A stretch of DNA of 64,000 bases from an uncultured Pelagibacteraceae bacterium. Its GTDB lineage: Bacteria > Pseudomonadota > Alphaproteobacteria > Pelagibacterales > Pelagibacteraceae. Below the pieces are notes generated by a model. The model was not told the origin of the DNA and ran no database searches. It saw nothing but the letters and a program-made list of their open reading frames with translations. Positions 9,186 to 18,973 of the stretch are shown here, piece by piece (the stretch's first letter is position 1; each line of letters begins with the position of its first letter). The stretch covers positions 3,153 to 67,152 of the forward strand of contig CACBIC010000004.1 in the NCBI GenBank assembly GCA_902539235.1, in the 5' to 3' direction. A program made the position numbers and the translations under genes.

Positions 9186-10445
9186 TTAAATTCCTGTGTA
9201 CATTTTCCCTGGATTAAAAATTCTTTTAGGGTCAAAACTCCTTTTAATTTTTTCACTTATTTTATACTTAATTGGATCTATTGTAAAAATATCAGCAGAA
9301 GCTTTTAGATCCTCTTCAACTTTAATTAAAGTAATATATCCTTGATGTTTTTTTACCGTATCCTTGATTTCACTAAGAATTTTTGTGTTTAATTGATCAA
9401 ATGAGGCCCAGATTAGACCACCTCCCCAATCAATAAAATATTTAATCTCAAAATTTTTAAGTTTTTGGATAACCTGTAAGGTTTCGCTCATTGGCAAAAC
9501 TATTCTTAATAAATTACTTTTTAAACTTTTAAAAACCTCTAAATTTTTTGTCCTACTCCAAAAAATATTACTTTGCTCACTATCTAAAATAGAAAGCTCT
9601 TGATCCAAAAGACCTAATTCTTTAGATAATCTGTTTGCTCTTTGATGCACAGAATTTGTTGGACCTTCAATTCTTATAGCAGTTAAGCCCCCATCGTGTG
9701 TAAGATCATTCAGAACAAAATCTTTTCCAAAATAGTCTGGATAAAAAACTCCACCGGATGGATCTGTAGAAGATGACAATGCTTTTCCAAGAAAGTCTAG
9801 TGCTTTTTTAAGATGAGGATTCTTTATAATTAAAGTTTTACTTGTTTCTGGTTTTGGTAAAACTTTTATTGAAAGCTCAGTTAATATCGTGAGTGTTCCA
9901 AAAGATCCTGATACTAATTTACTTAAATCATAACCGGTAACATTCTTAACTACTGTTCCCCCTGATTTAATAGTTTCACCTTTTCCGTTAATCCCTTGAA
10001 ATCCAAGTATGTGATCTCGAACACTTCCAACTTTAAATCTTCGTGATCCGGCAAAATTACATGAAACGACTCCACCAATCGAACCGCTGTTACTTTGCCC
10101 AGAAAATAAGTAACCAAAATCATTCGGTTCAAAAGCTAATTGCTGATTATTTTTGTCTAGCTCCCCTATTATTTCTTTCAAAGGTGTACCAGCTTTAACT
10201 TTGATATAGAGCTCTTCAGGTTTGTAATCAATTATACCTTTGTAATCAGAGAGATCTAAAGTTTTTTCAGATTGAAAATTTCTTCCAATTTTATTTTTTG
10301 ATTTTAATCCATTGATTTCTAGAGGTATATTTTTCCTATAACAAGTTTTAACTATCTCAACTATTTCCTCTCTTGAAGTAGGTTTAAAAATATTTTGATT
10401 AAAATCTAGGGATGTCTGGGAATTTTGTTTTTCCTCCATGGACAT
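9186..10445 (-). CDS. glcE: Glycolate oxidase FAD-binding subunit
   Basis: YKPEELY, GSVRDHILG, SGGTVVKNVTGYDLSKL, FDPKRIFNPG. Start placed at ATG 10445, which has GGGAG upstream; 10439 is an alternative. Confidence 0.92.
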   Translation of the reverse strand: MSMEEKQNSQTSLDFNQNIFKPTSREEIVEIVKTCYRKNIPLEINGLKSKNKIGRNFQSEKTLDLSDYKGIIDYKPEELYIKVKAGTPLKEIIGELDKNNQQLAFEPNDFGYLFSGQSNSGSIGGVVSCNFAGSRRFKVGSVRDHILGFQGINGKGETIKSGGTVVKNVTGYDLSKLVSGSFGTLTILTELSIKVLPKPETSKTLIIKNPHLKKALDFLGKALSSSTDPSGGVFYPDYFGKDFVLNDLTHDGGLTAIRIEGPTNSVHQRANRLSKELGLLDQELSILDSEQSNIFWSRTKNLEVFKSLKSNLLRIVLPMSETLQVIQKLKNFEIKYFIDWGGGLIWASFDQLNTKILSEIKDTVKKHQGYITLIKVEEDLKASADIFTIDPIKYKISEKIKRSFDPKRIFNPGKMYTGI

Positions 10446-11895
10446 GAACTCTCCCTTCCTCAGCACATTTTCTAAGTATTGGATAAACTTTGCCTGGATT
10501 TAATAATGAGTTTGGATCTAAAGCAACTTTAATTGTTAATTGTTGTTGTATATCTTTATCATTGAATGCTTCACACATTAATTCTCTTTTCTCTATACCA
10601 ACTCCGTGTTCACCAGTTAGAGCCCCGCCGACTTTTACACAATACTTTAAAATATCAGCTCCAAACTCCTCACATTTCCTTAAAGACTCTTTGTCATTTG
10701 CATCAAACATAATTAGAGGATGGAGGTTTCCATCTCCTGCATGAAATGCATTGGCAACTGGCAAATTATATTTTTTAGAAAGTCTTGAAATTTCGTTTAA
10801 AACCTCAGCAAGTTTTCCTCTAGGTATTGAACCATCCATACACATATAATCAGGCGCTAAAACTCCACAAGCCGGAAAAGCTGCTTTCCTACCGGCCCAA
10901 AATTTTAATCTCTCTTCATTTGTTTTACTGATTTTTAAACTTGATGAATTATTTTTTTCAGCAATTTCTTTTGTCTTTTGAATGTAAGCTTCAACTTCAT
11001 GTTCTGTTCCATCAAATTCTACAATCATCATCGCCTCTGCATCAGTTGGGTAACCTGCTTTAGAATAATCATTAGTTGCTTTCGTCAGAGCTTTATCCAT
11101 TATTTCCATCCCAGCCGGTATACATCCCTCTGCAATTATTTCAGCAACACAGTTTCCTGCATCTTCAATTGATGGAAACCCAACTAAAGCGGCTTTAACA
11201 ACCTCAGGCGACTTTAAAATTTTTACAGTAACCTCTGTGATAACTCCAAGTAAACCCTCTGAACCTGTCATCAAGCCTAAGAAATCATATCCCTCCGCGT
11301 CCATAGCTTTACCACCAAATTTAGTGACAGTTCCATCCATTAAAACTACTTGAATACCCAAGAGATTATTTGTAGTTGCACCGTATTTAAGAGAATGAAC
11401 TCCGCCAGAATTTTCAGCTACGTTTCCGCCTATGGAACATGCTATTTGACTTGATGGATCCGGAGCATAATAAAAACCTTTGTCTTGAACAGCATGAGTG
11501 ATTGCTAGATTTGTTACACAAGGTTGCGTAACCACACATCTATTTTCATAATCAATCTCAATTATTTTATTAAATTTTCCCATTGCCATTAGAACACAAT
11601 CTTCTAAAGGCATCGAACCACCAGATAAACCTGTACCTGCTCCTCTTGGGACTACTTTAACTTTGTTCTCATTACAATATTTTAAAATTTGACTAACTTC
11701 CTCAACTGTCTCAGGCATAACTACTAAAAGAGGCATTTGTCTATAAGCCGTCAAGCCGTCAGTTTCGAAAGGTCTTAGTTCATCAGGATTCGAAAGAACA
11801 TTTTTAGAATTGATAATTCCACGAAGATCAGATGCAATTTTATCTTTTTTAGACATAATTGCGTTATCAACTTTTGGCATTTGTAAACTGCTCAT
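10399..11895 (-). CDS. glcD: Glycolate oxidase subunit GlcD
   Basis: PRGAGTGLSGG, YAPDPSSQIACSIGGN, FHAGDGNLHP, GEHGVG. ATG at 11895 follows AGGA. Confidence 0.95.
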   Translation of the reverse strand: MSSLQMPKVDNAIMSKKDKIASDLRGIINSKNVLSNPDELRPFETDGLTAYRQMPLLVVMPETVEEVSQILKYCNENKVKVVPRGAGTGLSGGSMPLEDCVLMAMGKFNKIIEIDYENRCVVTQPCVTNLAITHAVQDKGFYYAPDPSSQIACSIGGNVAENSGGVHSLKYGATTNNLLGIQVVLMDGTVTKFGGKAMDAEGYDFLGLMTGSEGLLGVITEVTVKILKSPEVVKAALVGFPSIEDAGNCVAEIIAEGCIPAGMEIMDKALTKATNDYSKAGYPTDAEAMMIVEFDGTEHEVEAYIQKTKEIAEKNNSSSLKISKTNEERLKFWAGRKAAFPACGVLAPDYMCMDGSIPRGKLAEVLNEISRLSKKYNLPVANAFHAGDGNLHPLIMFDANDKESLRKCEEFGADILKYCVKVGGALTGEHGVGIEKRELMCEAFNDKDIQQQLTIKVALDPNSLLNPGKVYPILRKCAEEGRVHVHGGKTKFPDIPRF

Positions 11896-11903
11896 AATCA
11901 ATC

Positions 11904-13067
11904 CTACTTAAGCATTTTTGATATTTTATCTAGTGCTTTTTGAATGTTATCCCTTGATGCGGCGAAGCTAAAACGTACATAATCTACTGATGTTTTGCCA
12001 AATGCTGTTCCTGGAACAATTGCCACACCTGCTTCGTGCATACATTTCTTTGAAAATTCACTTCCACTCATACCTGTTCCCTTTACATTTGGAAAAGCGT
12101 AAAACGCTCCACCAGGCATACTGCATTCAACACCAGGTAAATCATTTAAACCTTTGTGAATTAATTTTCTTCTTTGATCAAACTTTTCCATCATATGATG
12201 TATAGAGTCGTCGGGTCCATCTAATGCTGCTATTCCAGCAAATTGTGAAGGCGCATTTACACAAGAAAAACTATTTATAGCTAATTTAGTTACATGAGGA
12301 ATTAAATTTTCTGGCCACACGCTCCAGCCCATTCTCCAGCCAGTCATGGAGTAAGCTTTGCTCCATCCATCTAAAACTATCAACCTGTCTTGTAAATCTG
12401 GGTAATTGAAAAAAGTCGGCATCTCTTTTCCATCGAAAATTTGTCTGCTATAAATTTCATCACTAAGAATTGTAACGTGTGGATGTCTCTTTAAACCTTC
12501 AGCAAGAAAATCAATTGCAGGTTTTTCAACAAAACTTCCTGTTGGATTATTGGGATTAATCAGTATCACAAGACGAGTTTTGTCTGTTATCAAAGATAAA
12601 ATTTTTTCAGGATCAAATTTTAAATCTTTTTCTTTTGTTAAATCATATGGAACTGCTTTGGCACCAGTATAATTAATCATAGACTCATAAATTGGAAAAC
12701 CAGGTGTTGGATGAACTATTTCTGCACCAGGCTCGCCGATCATTTGAATGGCAAAGTACATTGTAGGTTTTCCACCAGGCATAATCATAATCCGCTCGGG
12801 ACTAACTTCTTTTTTATATAAACTTTTTATTTTTCTTGAAACTGCTTGCCGGCATTCAGCAATCCCGTTAGCTAAAACATATCCATGATGTCCGTCATCA
12901 ATAGCTTTTTTTGCTGCATCCATAATATGTTTAGGTGTCATAAAATCTGGCTGACCTAAACCTAAGTGAATCATTTCTTTGCCCTGAGCTTCAAGCTTCT
13001 TAGCTTCGGCTAAGACACTAAAAGCAGTTTCTGTTCCAAGTCTCTCTAAATTTTTTGCTAATTTCAT
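11904..13067 (-). CDS. PLP-dependent aminotransferase class I/II
   Basis: LGLGQPDF, NPNNPTG, SDEIY, PLP-lysine motif SKAYSMTGWRMG. Confidence 0.93.
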   Translation of the reverse strand: MKLAKNLERLGTETAFSVLAEAKKLEAQGKEMIHLGLGQPDFMTPKHIMDAAKKAIDDGHHGYVLANGIAECRQAVSRKIKSLYKKEVSPERIMIMPGGKPTMYFAIQMIGEPGAEIVHPTPGFPIYESMINYTGAKAVPYDLTKEKDLKFDPEKILSLITDKTRLVILINPNNPTGSFVEKPAIDFLAEGLKRHPHVTILSDEIYSRQIFDGKEMPTFFNYPDLQDRLIVLDGWSKAYSMTGWRMGWSVWPENLIPHVTKLAINSFSCVNAPSQFAGIAALDGPDDSIHHMMEKFDQRRKLIHKGLNDLPGVECSMPGGAFYAFPNVKGTGMSGSEFSKKCMHEAGVAIVPGTAFGKTSVDYVRFSFAASRDNIQKALDKISKMLK

Positions 13068-13116
13068 ATTCTAAACCTAGTATTTATTTACGCTTTTGAA
13101 AACCAGTTTTTTTGCA

Positions 13117-14265
13117 TCACCTATATACAATTTTTGTTTTATTTAGCTCTTTTATGCTTTTACATCCCAATAAAATCATGTCTCTTCTGATCTCGTCCCT
13201 CATTCTCTTTAAAATTTGCTCAACTCCTTTTTGGCCACCAGCCCCTAATGCAAATAAAAAACCTTTTCCGAAACTACAAGCTGTTGCTCCTAAAGATAGT
13301 GCTTTCAGAACGTGAGTGCCTCTTCTTACCCCTCCATCTAAAATGATTTCTATTTTACCCCCAACTGCATCAGCTATTGCGGGCAACTGATCAAAAGGCG
13401 ATCTAGACCCATCAAGTTGTCTTCCTCCATGATTTGAAAGCATTATTGCCGAAGCTCCAATTTCAACCGCTCTCTTTGCGTCTTCTACTGACATTACTCC
13501 TTTTAACGCAAAAGGTCCTCCCCATCTCTTTACAACATACTCAGCATCTTTCCAGCTCATTGCCGGATCGTATTGTTCGTTGATGTATTCCATTACCCCT
13601 TTTGCAATGCTTGAACCTTTTTTAGTCCAGTGAGAAACGTTTGCGAGTTGAAATTTTTCATGTGTTAAATAATTAAATGCCCATTTAGGATGCGATGCAA
13701 AACTCATCAAACTTTTTAAAGTAAGCTTTGGCGGCGTAGTAAATCCCCATCTATGGTCTCTCTCTCGATTACCTGCAACCACAGTATCGACAGTTAAACA
13801 CATCGCTTTAAATCCAGAACTTTTACACCTATCAATTAGGTTGTCTGTTAGACCTTGGTCTTTATGAATGTAAAGCTGAAAAAGTTTTGGACCCCCTGAA
13901 ATGTTAGCTACTTCCTCAATTGAAGAAGTTGCCATAGTGGACATGCTGTAAAATGTTCCGAATTTTTCAGCGGCTCTTGCAGAAGCTTTATCTCCATCAT
14001 GATGATAAAGTCTTTGCATAGCTGTTGGTGATAAAAAAAGCGGCATATCAATTTTTTGACCAAAAACATTTGTTGAAAGGTCCGGTTCACCAACGCTTGT
14101 AAGAATATTAGGGACTAGATCACATTTTAAAAAAGACTCAGTATTTCTTCTAAGTGTTGTTTCATCGTCAGCACCGCCATCTATGTAATGAAATATTGGT
14201 CCTGGTAAATTTTTTTTTGCTAATTTTCTAAAATCATCAAAGTTATAACAATCGTTTAAATTCAT
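13117..14265 (-). CDS. lldD: FMN-dependent alpha-hydroxy-acid dehydrogenase/oxidase (L-lactate dehydrogenase-like)
   Basis: YIDGGADDE, LFQLY, LTVD, SNHGGRQLD, DGGVRRG. Confidence 0.88.
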   Translation of the reverse strand: MNLNDCYNFDDFRKLAKKNLPGPIFHYIDGGADDETTLRRNTESFLKCDLVPNILTSVGEPDLSTNVFGQKIDMPLFLSPTAMQRLYHHDGDKASARAAEKFGTFYSMSTMATSSIEEVANISGGPKLFQLYIHKDQGLTDNLIDRCKSSGFKAMCLTVDTVVAGNRERDHRWGFTTPPKLTLKSLMSFASHPKWAFNYLTHEKFQLANVSHWTKKGSSIAKGVMEYINEQYDPAMSWKDAEYVVKRWGGPFALKGVMSVEDAKRAVEIGASAIMLSNHGGRQLDGSRSPFDQLPAIADAVGGKIEIILDGGVRRGTHVLKALSLGATACSFGKGFLFALGAGGQKGVEQILKRMRDEIRRDMILLGCKSIKELNKTKIVYR

Positions 14266-14270
14266 TGTTA

Positions 14271-14774
14271 TTAGAAGTTTTTAGAAAATGTAATTTGTTG
14301 ATTATCTGTCCCAGGATTAGTATTACCCCAATCATTATTCGATAAATGGCTATAACTGTAACTTAGTTTCGAATTTTCAAAAATATCTAGGCCAACTTTA
14401 ATTTCACTTTTGAACTCAAGAACGCTTCCTAAATCTTTGCCGTCTCCTTTTTCATAATACCCAGGTGAAAAACTAGGTAAGATTTTTAATGGTCCAATTC
14501 CGTATTGACCTTCTACACCAGTGTATAAATAAATAGAGCTGTTTCCAGTTATGAAAGCTCCAGAGATGGGTTTAAATTTTCCTAGAAAGGTATCTCTAAA
14601 CAAATTAGGATTTTTATGTTCTATGCCAAACAATGTAGTTTGATCATCGCCTTCCTCATCTATGACATCAAAAGTTCCTGTATAAAAAGATAAGTCGGAA
14701 CTACCTTCATCAGCGTGTGTTGATGAAACTAAAAATAGTAAAGAAAATAAAAATGCTAATAAACGAAATTTCAT
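14271..14774 (-). CDS. PagL-like outer-membrane beta-barrel (lipid A 3-O-deacylase / acyloxyacyl hydrolase family)
   Basis: Signal peptide from ATG 14774. KDLGSVLEFKS and HLSN...NPG motifs, C-terminal Phe. Confidence 0.75.
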   Translation of the reverse strand: MKFRLLAFLFSLLFLVSSTHADEGSSDLSFYTGTFDVIDEEGDDQTTLFGIEHKNPNLFRDTFLGKFKPISGAFITGNSSIYLYTGVEGQYGIGPLKILPSFSPGYYEKGDGKDLGSVLEFKSEIKVGLDIFENSKLSYSYSHLSNNDWGNTNPGTDNQQITFSKNF

Positions 14775-14818
14775 TAGGAAAAAATACAACTAAATATCTA
14801 AGATGTACAGTTTGGATT

Positions 14819-15187
14819 TTAAGTTTTTTTTGACTGTTTTCGTATTAAAAAAACAATAATTAGGCCTCCAAAGACCAATACTAAATAAGGAAGACTCCAC
14901 AGTAAAAAATTACCAGCGTTTAGCTTAGGATTATATAAGATCCAGTCTCCATATTTTTCTGAGAGAAAATCATAAATTTCATCTTCTGATTTGCCATTCT
15001 TAATCAAGTCTTTAACAACCATTTTAAGCGTTATAGCAAAATCAGAATTTGAGTCAGCTATTGATTGACCTTGGCAAACTAAACATCTTAGATTTTTATG
15101 TATTTTACTTTCATCAATTGGCTCATTTGAACCAAGATTTAAATTAAAGCTTATAAAAAAAATGGTCAGAAAAATTTTTATCTTCAT
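14819..15187 (-). CDS. ccmH: Cytochrome c biogenesis protein CcmH (short form)
   Basis: LRCLVCQGQSIADSNS, YGDWILYNP. Confidence 0.93.
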   Translation of the reverse strand: MKIKIFLTIFFISFNLNLGSNEPIDESKIHKNLRCLVCQGQSIADSNSDFAITLKMVVKDLIKNGKSEDEIYDFLSEKYGDWILYNPKLNAGNFLLWSLPYLVLVFGGLIIVFLIRKQSKKT

Positions 15188-15705
15188 AAATTATTTATTA
15201 TTTCTTTTATATTATTTAGGTCTTGTTTTGTAAGAGGTCCGACAAATTTTTTTATTATCGTTAATTTATTATCTATTAAAATGCTTTCAGGGATACCATA
15301 TATTCCAAAATTGACTGACTGTTTCCCATTGCTGTCTCTGGTTAAAAAATCATAAGGATCACCCAAATCTTGTAAAAATTTTAAAGCATTAATTTTTTTA
15401 TCTTTAAAATTTACTCCTAATATTTTTATATTATTTTCTTTTGATAATTCCATTAACTGTGGATGTTCTATTCTACATGGAGCACACCAAGATGCCCAAA
15501 AGTTGATTAAAGTAAAACTATTCTTTTTAAAATCATCGTTTGTAAAAATACTATCATCTTCAAAACTTACTAATTCTATTTCACCTAATTTATTTCCAAC
15601 TAAAGATTCTGTATTATAATTTAAACTTTTGTTTAACGATAAAAAAAATATTCCAAGAATAAAAATTAGAAGAAATATTATTGTAATTTTAATTATTTTT
15701 TGCAT
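15184..15705 (-). CDS. ccmG: Thiol:disulfide interchange protein CcmG/DsbE
   Basis: NFWASWCAPCR, GIYGIPES. Confidence 0.92.
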   Translation of the reverse strand: MQKIIKITIIFLLIFILGIFFLSLNKSLNYNTESLVGNKLGEIELVSFEDDSIFTNDDFKKNSFTLINFWASWCAPCRIEHPQLMELSKENNIKILGVNFKDKKINALKFLQDLGDPYDFLTRDSNGKQSVNFGIYGIPESILIDNKLTIIKKFVGPLTKQDLNNIKEIINNL

Positions 15706-17563
15706 TTCTTATGAAGCTTAAAAATCCACCAAATGATAGCATGACAACTGAAATCCAGATCCAAATCATAAGTGGTTTTTCTTGAAATTTGATATTGTAA
15801 TATTCTGAACGATCTATGTTGCTCATTGTTAAGTAATAATCTCTAAAAAAATTTGTTTTAATTGAAGCTTCGTAAGTTAAAGTTTGAGGATTATCATAAA
15901 TTCTAATCTCTGGATTTAAGGTCCTTTTTTTGTTTGTAGATAAGTCACTTATTTGAATTTTGCCTATAACAGCTTTATAATTGTCATACTGTTGTAATTT
16001 TAAATCTTTAAGTTCAAAATTAAAATTGTCAATTTTTTTTGTTTCACCTAATTTTAAATTAAAATCTTTTTCGATTGAAAAATTATGATTTAAACCTATA
16101 AAAAAAATCAAAAAACCAAAGGAAAAATGGGAAATGATTCTCGCAAAATTAATCTTTGGTTTTTTAAATGCATCCGAGATAGTTGAAATAATCAAAAATA
16201 CTGATGATATAATGATTAAATTTGAAATTAGACTATAACTTTTAAAAAAATAAGTAATAATAAAATTTACAGCTATTGCCCCAACAATTATTTTTAATAA
16301 ATCTTTGAAATTTAAAAATTCATTTTTTATCCATCTTACTTTTGGGCCGATAGCCATAAAAAATAAAAAGATAATTACAACAGGTATTATCACCGAATTA
16401 TAAAAAGGAGGACCGACTGAAATTTTATTGTTTGAAATTGCGTCAGTAATAATTGGATATAAAGTACCTAATAAAACAGTAATTAAGTAAAACATCATAA
16501 ACCAGTTATTTATCAAGATAAATGTTTCTTTGCTATTGGAGTTGATTTGATCATTTGTTGGTTTGTATTTAGTAAACAAAATATAAACCGATGCAAATAT
16601 CATTAAGCTTAAAAATGATAAAATATAAATTCCTCTAGAGGGATCATTGGCAAATGTATGAACAGAATTAAGTATTCCGGATCTCACTAAGAAGGTTCCT
16701 GTTACACTTAAAGTAAATGTTAACAAACAAAGTATAATCGACCAAAAATAAAGTATATTTCTTTTTTCTAAAACTAATAATGAATGCAATAATGCAGTCA
16801 TAGCAAACCAGGGAAGTAAAGATGCATTTTCAACAGGATCCCAAAACCAAAATCCACCCCAACCTAACTCGTAATAAGCCCAAATAGATCCAACTAGTAT
16901 TCCAAGTGTTTGAAAAGACCAAGAAATGATTACCCAACTTTTAATTGATTGTGCAAAAAATTTACCAGAATAATTTGTAATTACAGAAGCCATAGCTGCA
17001 GAAAAATATATAGAAGATCCAACAAAACCAACATAAAGTAATGGAGGGTGAATAGCTAAAGCTGGATCTTGTAAAATAGGATTTAATCCAAGCCCTTCTT
17101 TGGGAATAGGGCTTATAGAGCTAAAAGGATTTGAATTAAATAAAATAAAAAATAAAAAACCTAAAATTAAAATATTTTGAATTATTAAAGTATTTATTCT
17201 GTAATTTTTTGGATGATTTTTATTTGTAATAAGAAATAAAAATGAAAAAATTGTCAAAATAATTACCCAAAGCAATAAACTACCCTCATGATTTCCCCAA
17301 GTGCCAGAAATTTTATAGAAAATTGGTTTTAGTGTATGCGAGTTTTGGTAAACATTTATTAAAGAAAAATCAGATACCATAAAAGCTCCAACTAATGTGA
17401 AAAAACAAATTAAAATAGTTGTGCTTTGCAGCAAACTAATTTTATAAATACTTTTGAATATCACATCGTTGGTTTTTTTTAGACAAGCAAACGATTGGTA
17501 GATAATAAAAGATGTAAATAAAATACTTAAAATTAATAAAAAATTTCCTGTATTACTCAGCAT
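15689..17563 (-). CDS. ccmF: Heme lyase CcmF
   Basis: WGNHEGSLLLW, HPPLLY, WGGFWFWDPVENAS, SVHTFA. Confidence 0.97.
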   Translation of the reverse strand: MLSNTGNFLLILSILFTSFIIYQSFACLKKTNDVIFKSIYKISLLQSTTILICFFTLVGAFMVSDFSLINVYQNSHTLKPIFYKISGTWGNHEGSLLLWVIILTIFSFLFLITNKNHPKNYRINTLIIQNILILGFLFFILFNSNPFSSISPIPKEGLGLNPILQDPALAIHPPLLYVGFVGSSIYFSAAMASVITNYSGKFFAQSIKSWVIISWSFQTLGILVGSIWAYYELGWGGFWFWDPVENASLLPWFAMTALLHSLLVLEKRNILYFWSIILCLLTFTLSVTGTFLVRSGILNSVHTFANDPSRGIYILSFLSLMIFASVYILFTKYKPTNDQINSNSKETFILINNWFMMFYLITVLLGTLYPIITDAISNNKISVGPPFYNSVIIPVVIIFLFFMAIGPKVRWIKNEFLNFKDLLKIIVGAIAVNFIITYFFKSYSLISNLIIISSVFLIISTISDAFKKPKINFARIISHFSFGFLIFFIGLNHNFSIEKDFNLKLGETKKIDNFNFELKDLKLQQYDNYKAVIGKIQISDLSTNKKRTLNPEIRIYDNPQTLTYEASIKTNFFRDYYLTMSNIDRSEYYNIKFQEKPLMIWIWISVVMLSFGGFLSFIRNAKNN

Positions 17564-17981
17564 TTTCTCTCATTATATTTTTTAACTCTGGGGGCATATA
17601 ATTTTCGTCATGTTTAGCAAGAATTCTATCCGCAATAAAAAATTTTTTATCTTGTAATTTCCCCTCTGCTACAACTCCTTTTCCTTCAGCAAACAAGTTT
17701 GGTATTGTACCTTTAAAACTTACTTCTACTTCATTTTTAAAATCAGTAATTATAAATCTAATTTCCTGATCCTTAATATTGAGAGTATTTTTTTTTACCA
17801 TTCCACCAACTCTCATTTTTTTATTATAATTAATATCTTGGCTAATTTTTATATCTGTAGGTGAATTAAAGTATAATATATTTTTGTTAAGAGCATTTAA
17901 AATCAAAAAAACTCCAATTACAGATAATAATAAAAATATTGATAAAAGAGAGGCTCTTTTTTTTACTTTTTTAGGAAGCAT
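17553..17981 (-). CDS. ccmE: Heme chaperone CcmE
   Basis: RVGGMV, PNLFAEGKGVV, heme-binding LAKHDENYMP. Confidence 0.96.
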   Translation of the reverse strand: MLPKKVKKRASLLSIFLLLSVIGVFLILNALNKNILYFNSPTDIKISQDINYNKKMRVGGMVKKNTLNIKDQEIRFIITDFKNEVEVSFKGTIPNLFAEGKGVVAEGKLQDKKFFIADRILAKHDENYMPPELKNIMRENAE

Positions 17982-17989
17982 TAAATGCT

Positions 17990-18223
17990 TTAGATAGTTT
18001 TATTATAAGAAGATAAGATTTTTGATGCAATTTTGGAATTTTCGAGAACTATTTTTTTCTGCTCAACTGAAAGTTCGCTAATTTCTTTAGCGAATTCCTC
18101 TTCATACTTTTTTAAAGTTTTACGAGTTTTATAATAAAAAATCCCACAAACTAAAAAAGTTAAAATAAAAGATGACCACACAAAAATTCCGTAACCGTTC
18201 ATTAAAATTAAATCATTAATCAT
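17990..18223 (-). CDS. ccmD: Heme exporter protein CcmD
   Basis: MNGYGIFVWSSF, a single TM helix with a charged tail, located between ccmC and ccmE. Confidence 0.85.
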   Translation of the reverse strand: MINDLILMNGYGIFVWSSFILTFLVCGIFYYKTRKTLKKYEEEFAKEISELSVEQKKIVLENSKIASKILSSYNKTI

Positions 18224-18927
18224 AATCTTTTTAAGTTTTTTTTCTTGATTCTAATGATTTCTGTCTTGTATTTCATCAGAAAAATTAACGCACAATACAT
18301 TATTAATACAAAAAACATAAGTAATAGTGGCATTAACATTGAAGAATGTATGCTGCTTGATCCTGTTATTTTTATGCTTGCAGGTTGATGAAGAGTACTC
18401 CACCATTCAACAGAGTATTTTATGATTGGTATATTAATTAAACCAAATGCAGCAACAATACTTGAAATTTTATTAGCTCTGTCTTCATCTGATACTAATT
18501 TATGGATAAAAATAAAAGCTAGATAGAAAAGTGCCAATATAAGCATAGAAGAAATTCTTGCATCCCAAGCCCAAAAAGTTCCCCAAGTAGGCCTTCCCCA
18601 AATAGATCCAGTAACTATTGCAATACAAGTAAACATCAAACCAATAGGTGCAATACTTTTAGTAATTAATGTGAGGTGTTTAATTTTAAAAATAAAATTA
18701 AAAATTGATAAAAGCGCTATACATGAAAAAGAAGCTAAACTTATCCAAGCGGCGGGTACATGTACATACATGATTCTAACACTGTCTCCTTGCAAATAAT
18801 CTGGTGGCGAAAAAACTAGCGCAAATGACAAACCGGCTATTAGTAATGCGAAAAAGATAGAATTAATAAAATTCGTTAATTTTTCTATCCAAGTAAAAAT
18901 GTTGCTATTGTAAAAAAAATTAAACAT
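18220..18927 (-). CDS. ccmC: Heme exporter protein CcmC
   Basis: YVHVPAAW, WWD motif WGRPTWGTFWAWDAR, WWSTLHQ. Confidence 0.96.
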   Translation of the reverse strand: MFNFFYNSNIFTWIEKLTNFINSIFFALLIAGLSFALVFSPPDYLQGDSVRIMYVHVPAAWISLASFSCIALLSIFNFIFKIKHLTLITKSIAPIGLMFTCIAIVTGSIWGRPTWGTFWAWDARISSMLILALFYLAFIFIHKLVSDEDRANKISSIVAAFGLINIPIIKYSVEWWSTLHQPASIKITGSSSIHSSMLMPLLLMFFVLIMYCALIFLMKYKTEIIRIKKKNLKRL

Positions 18928-18973
18928 CTGCCTTAACTACTATAATATTTTTTTTTTGTGAAGTTCTATTATA

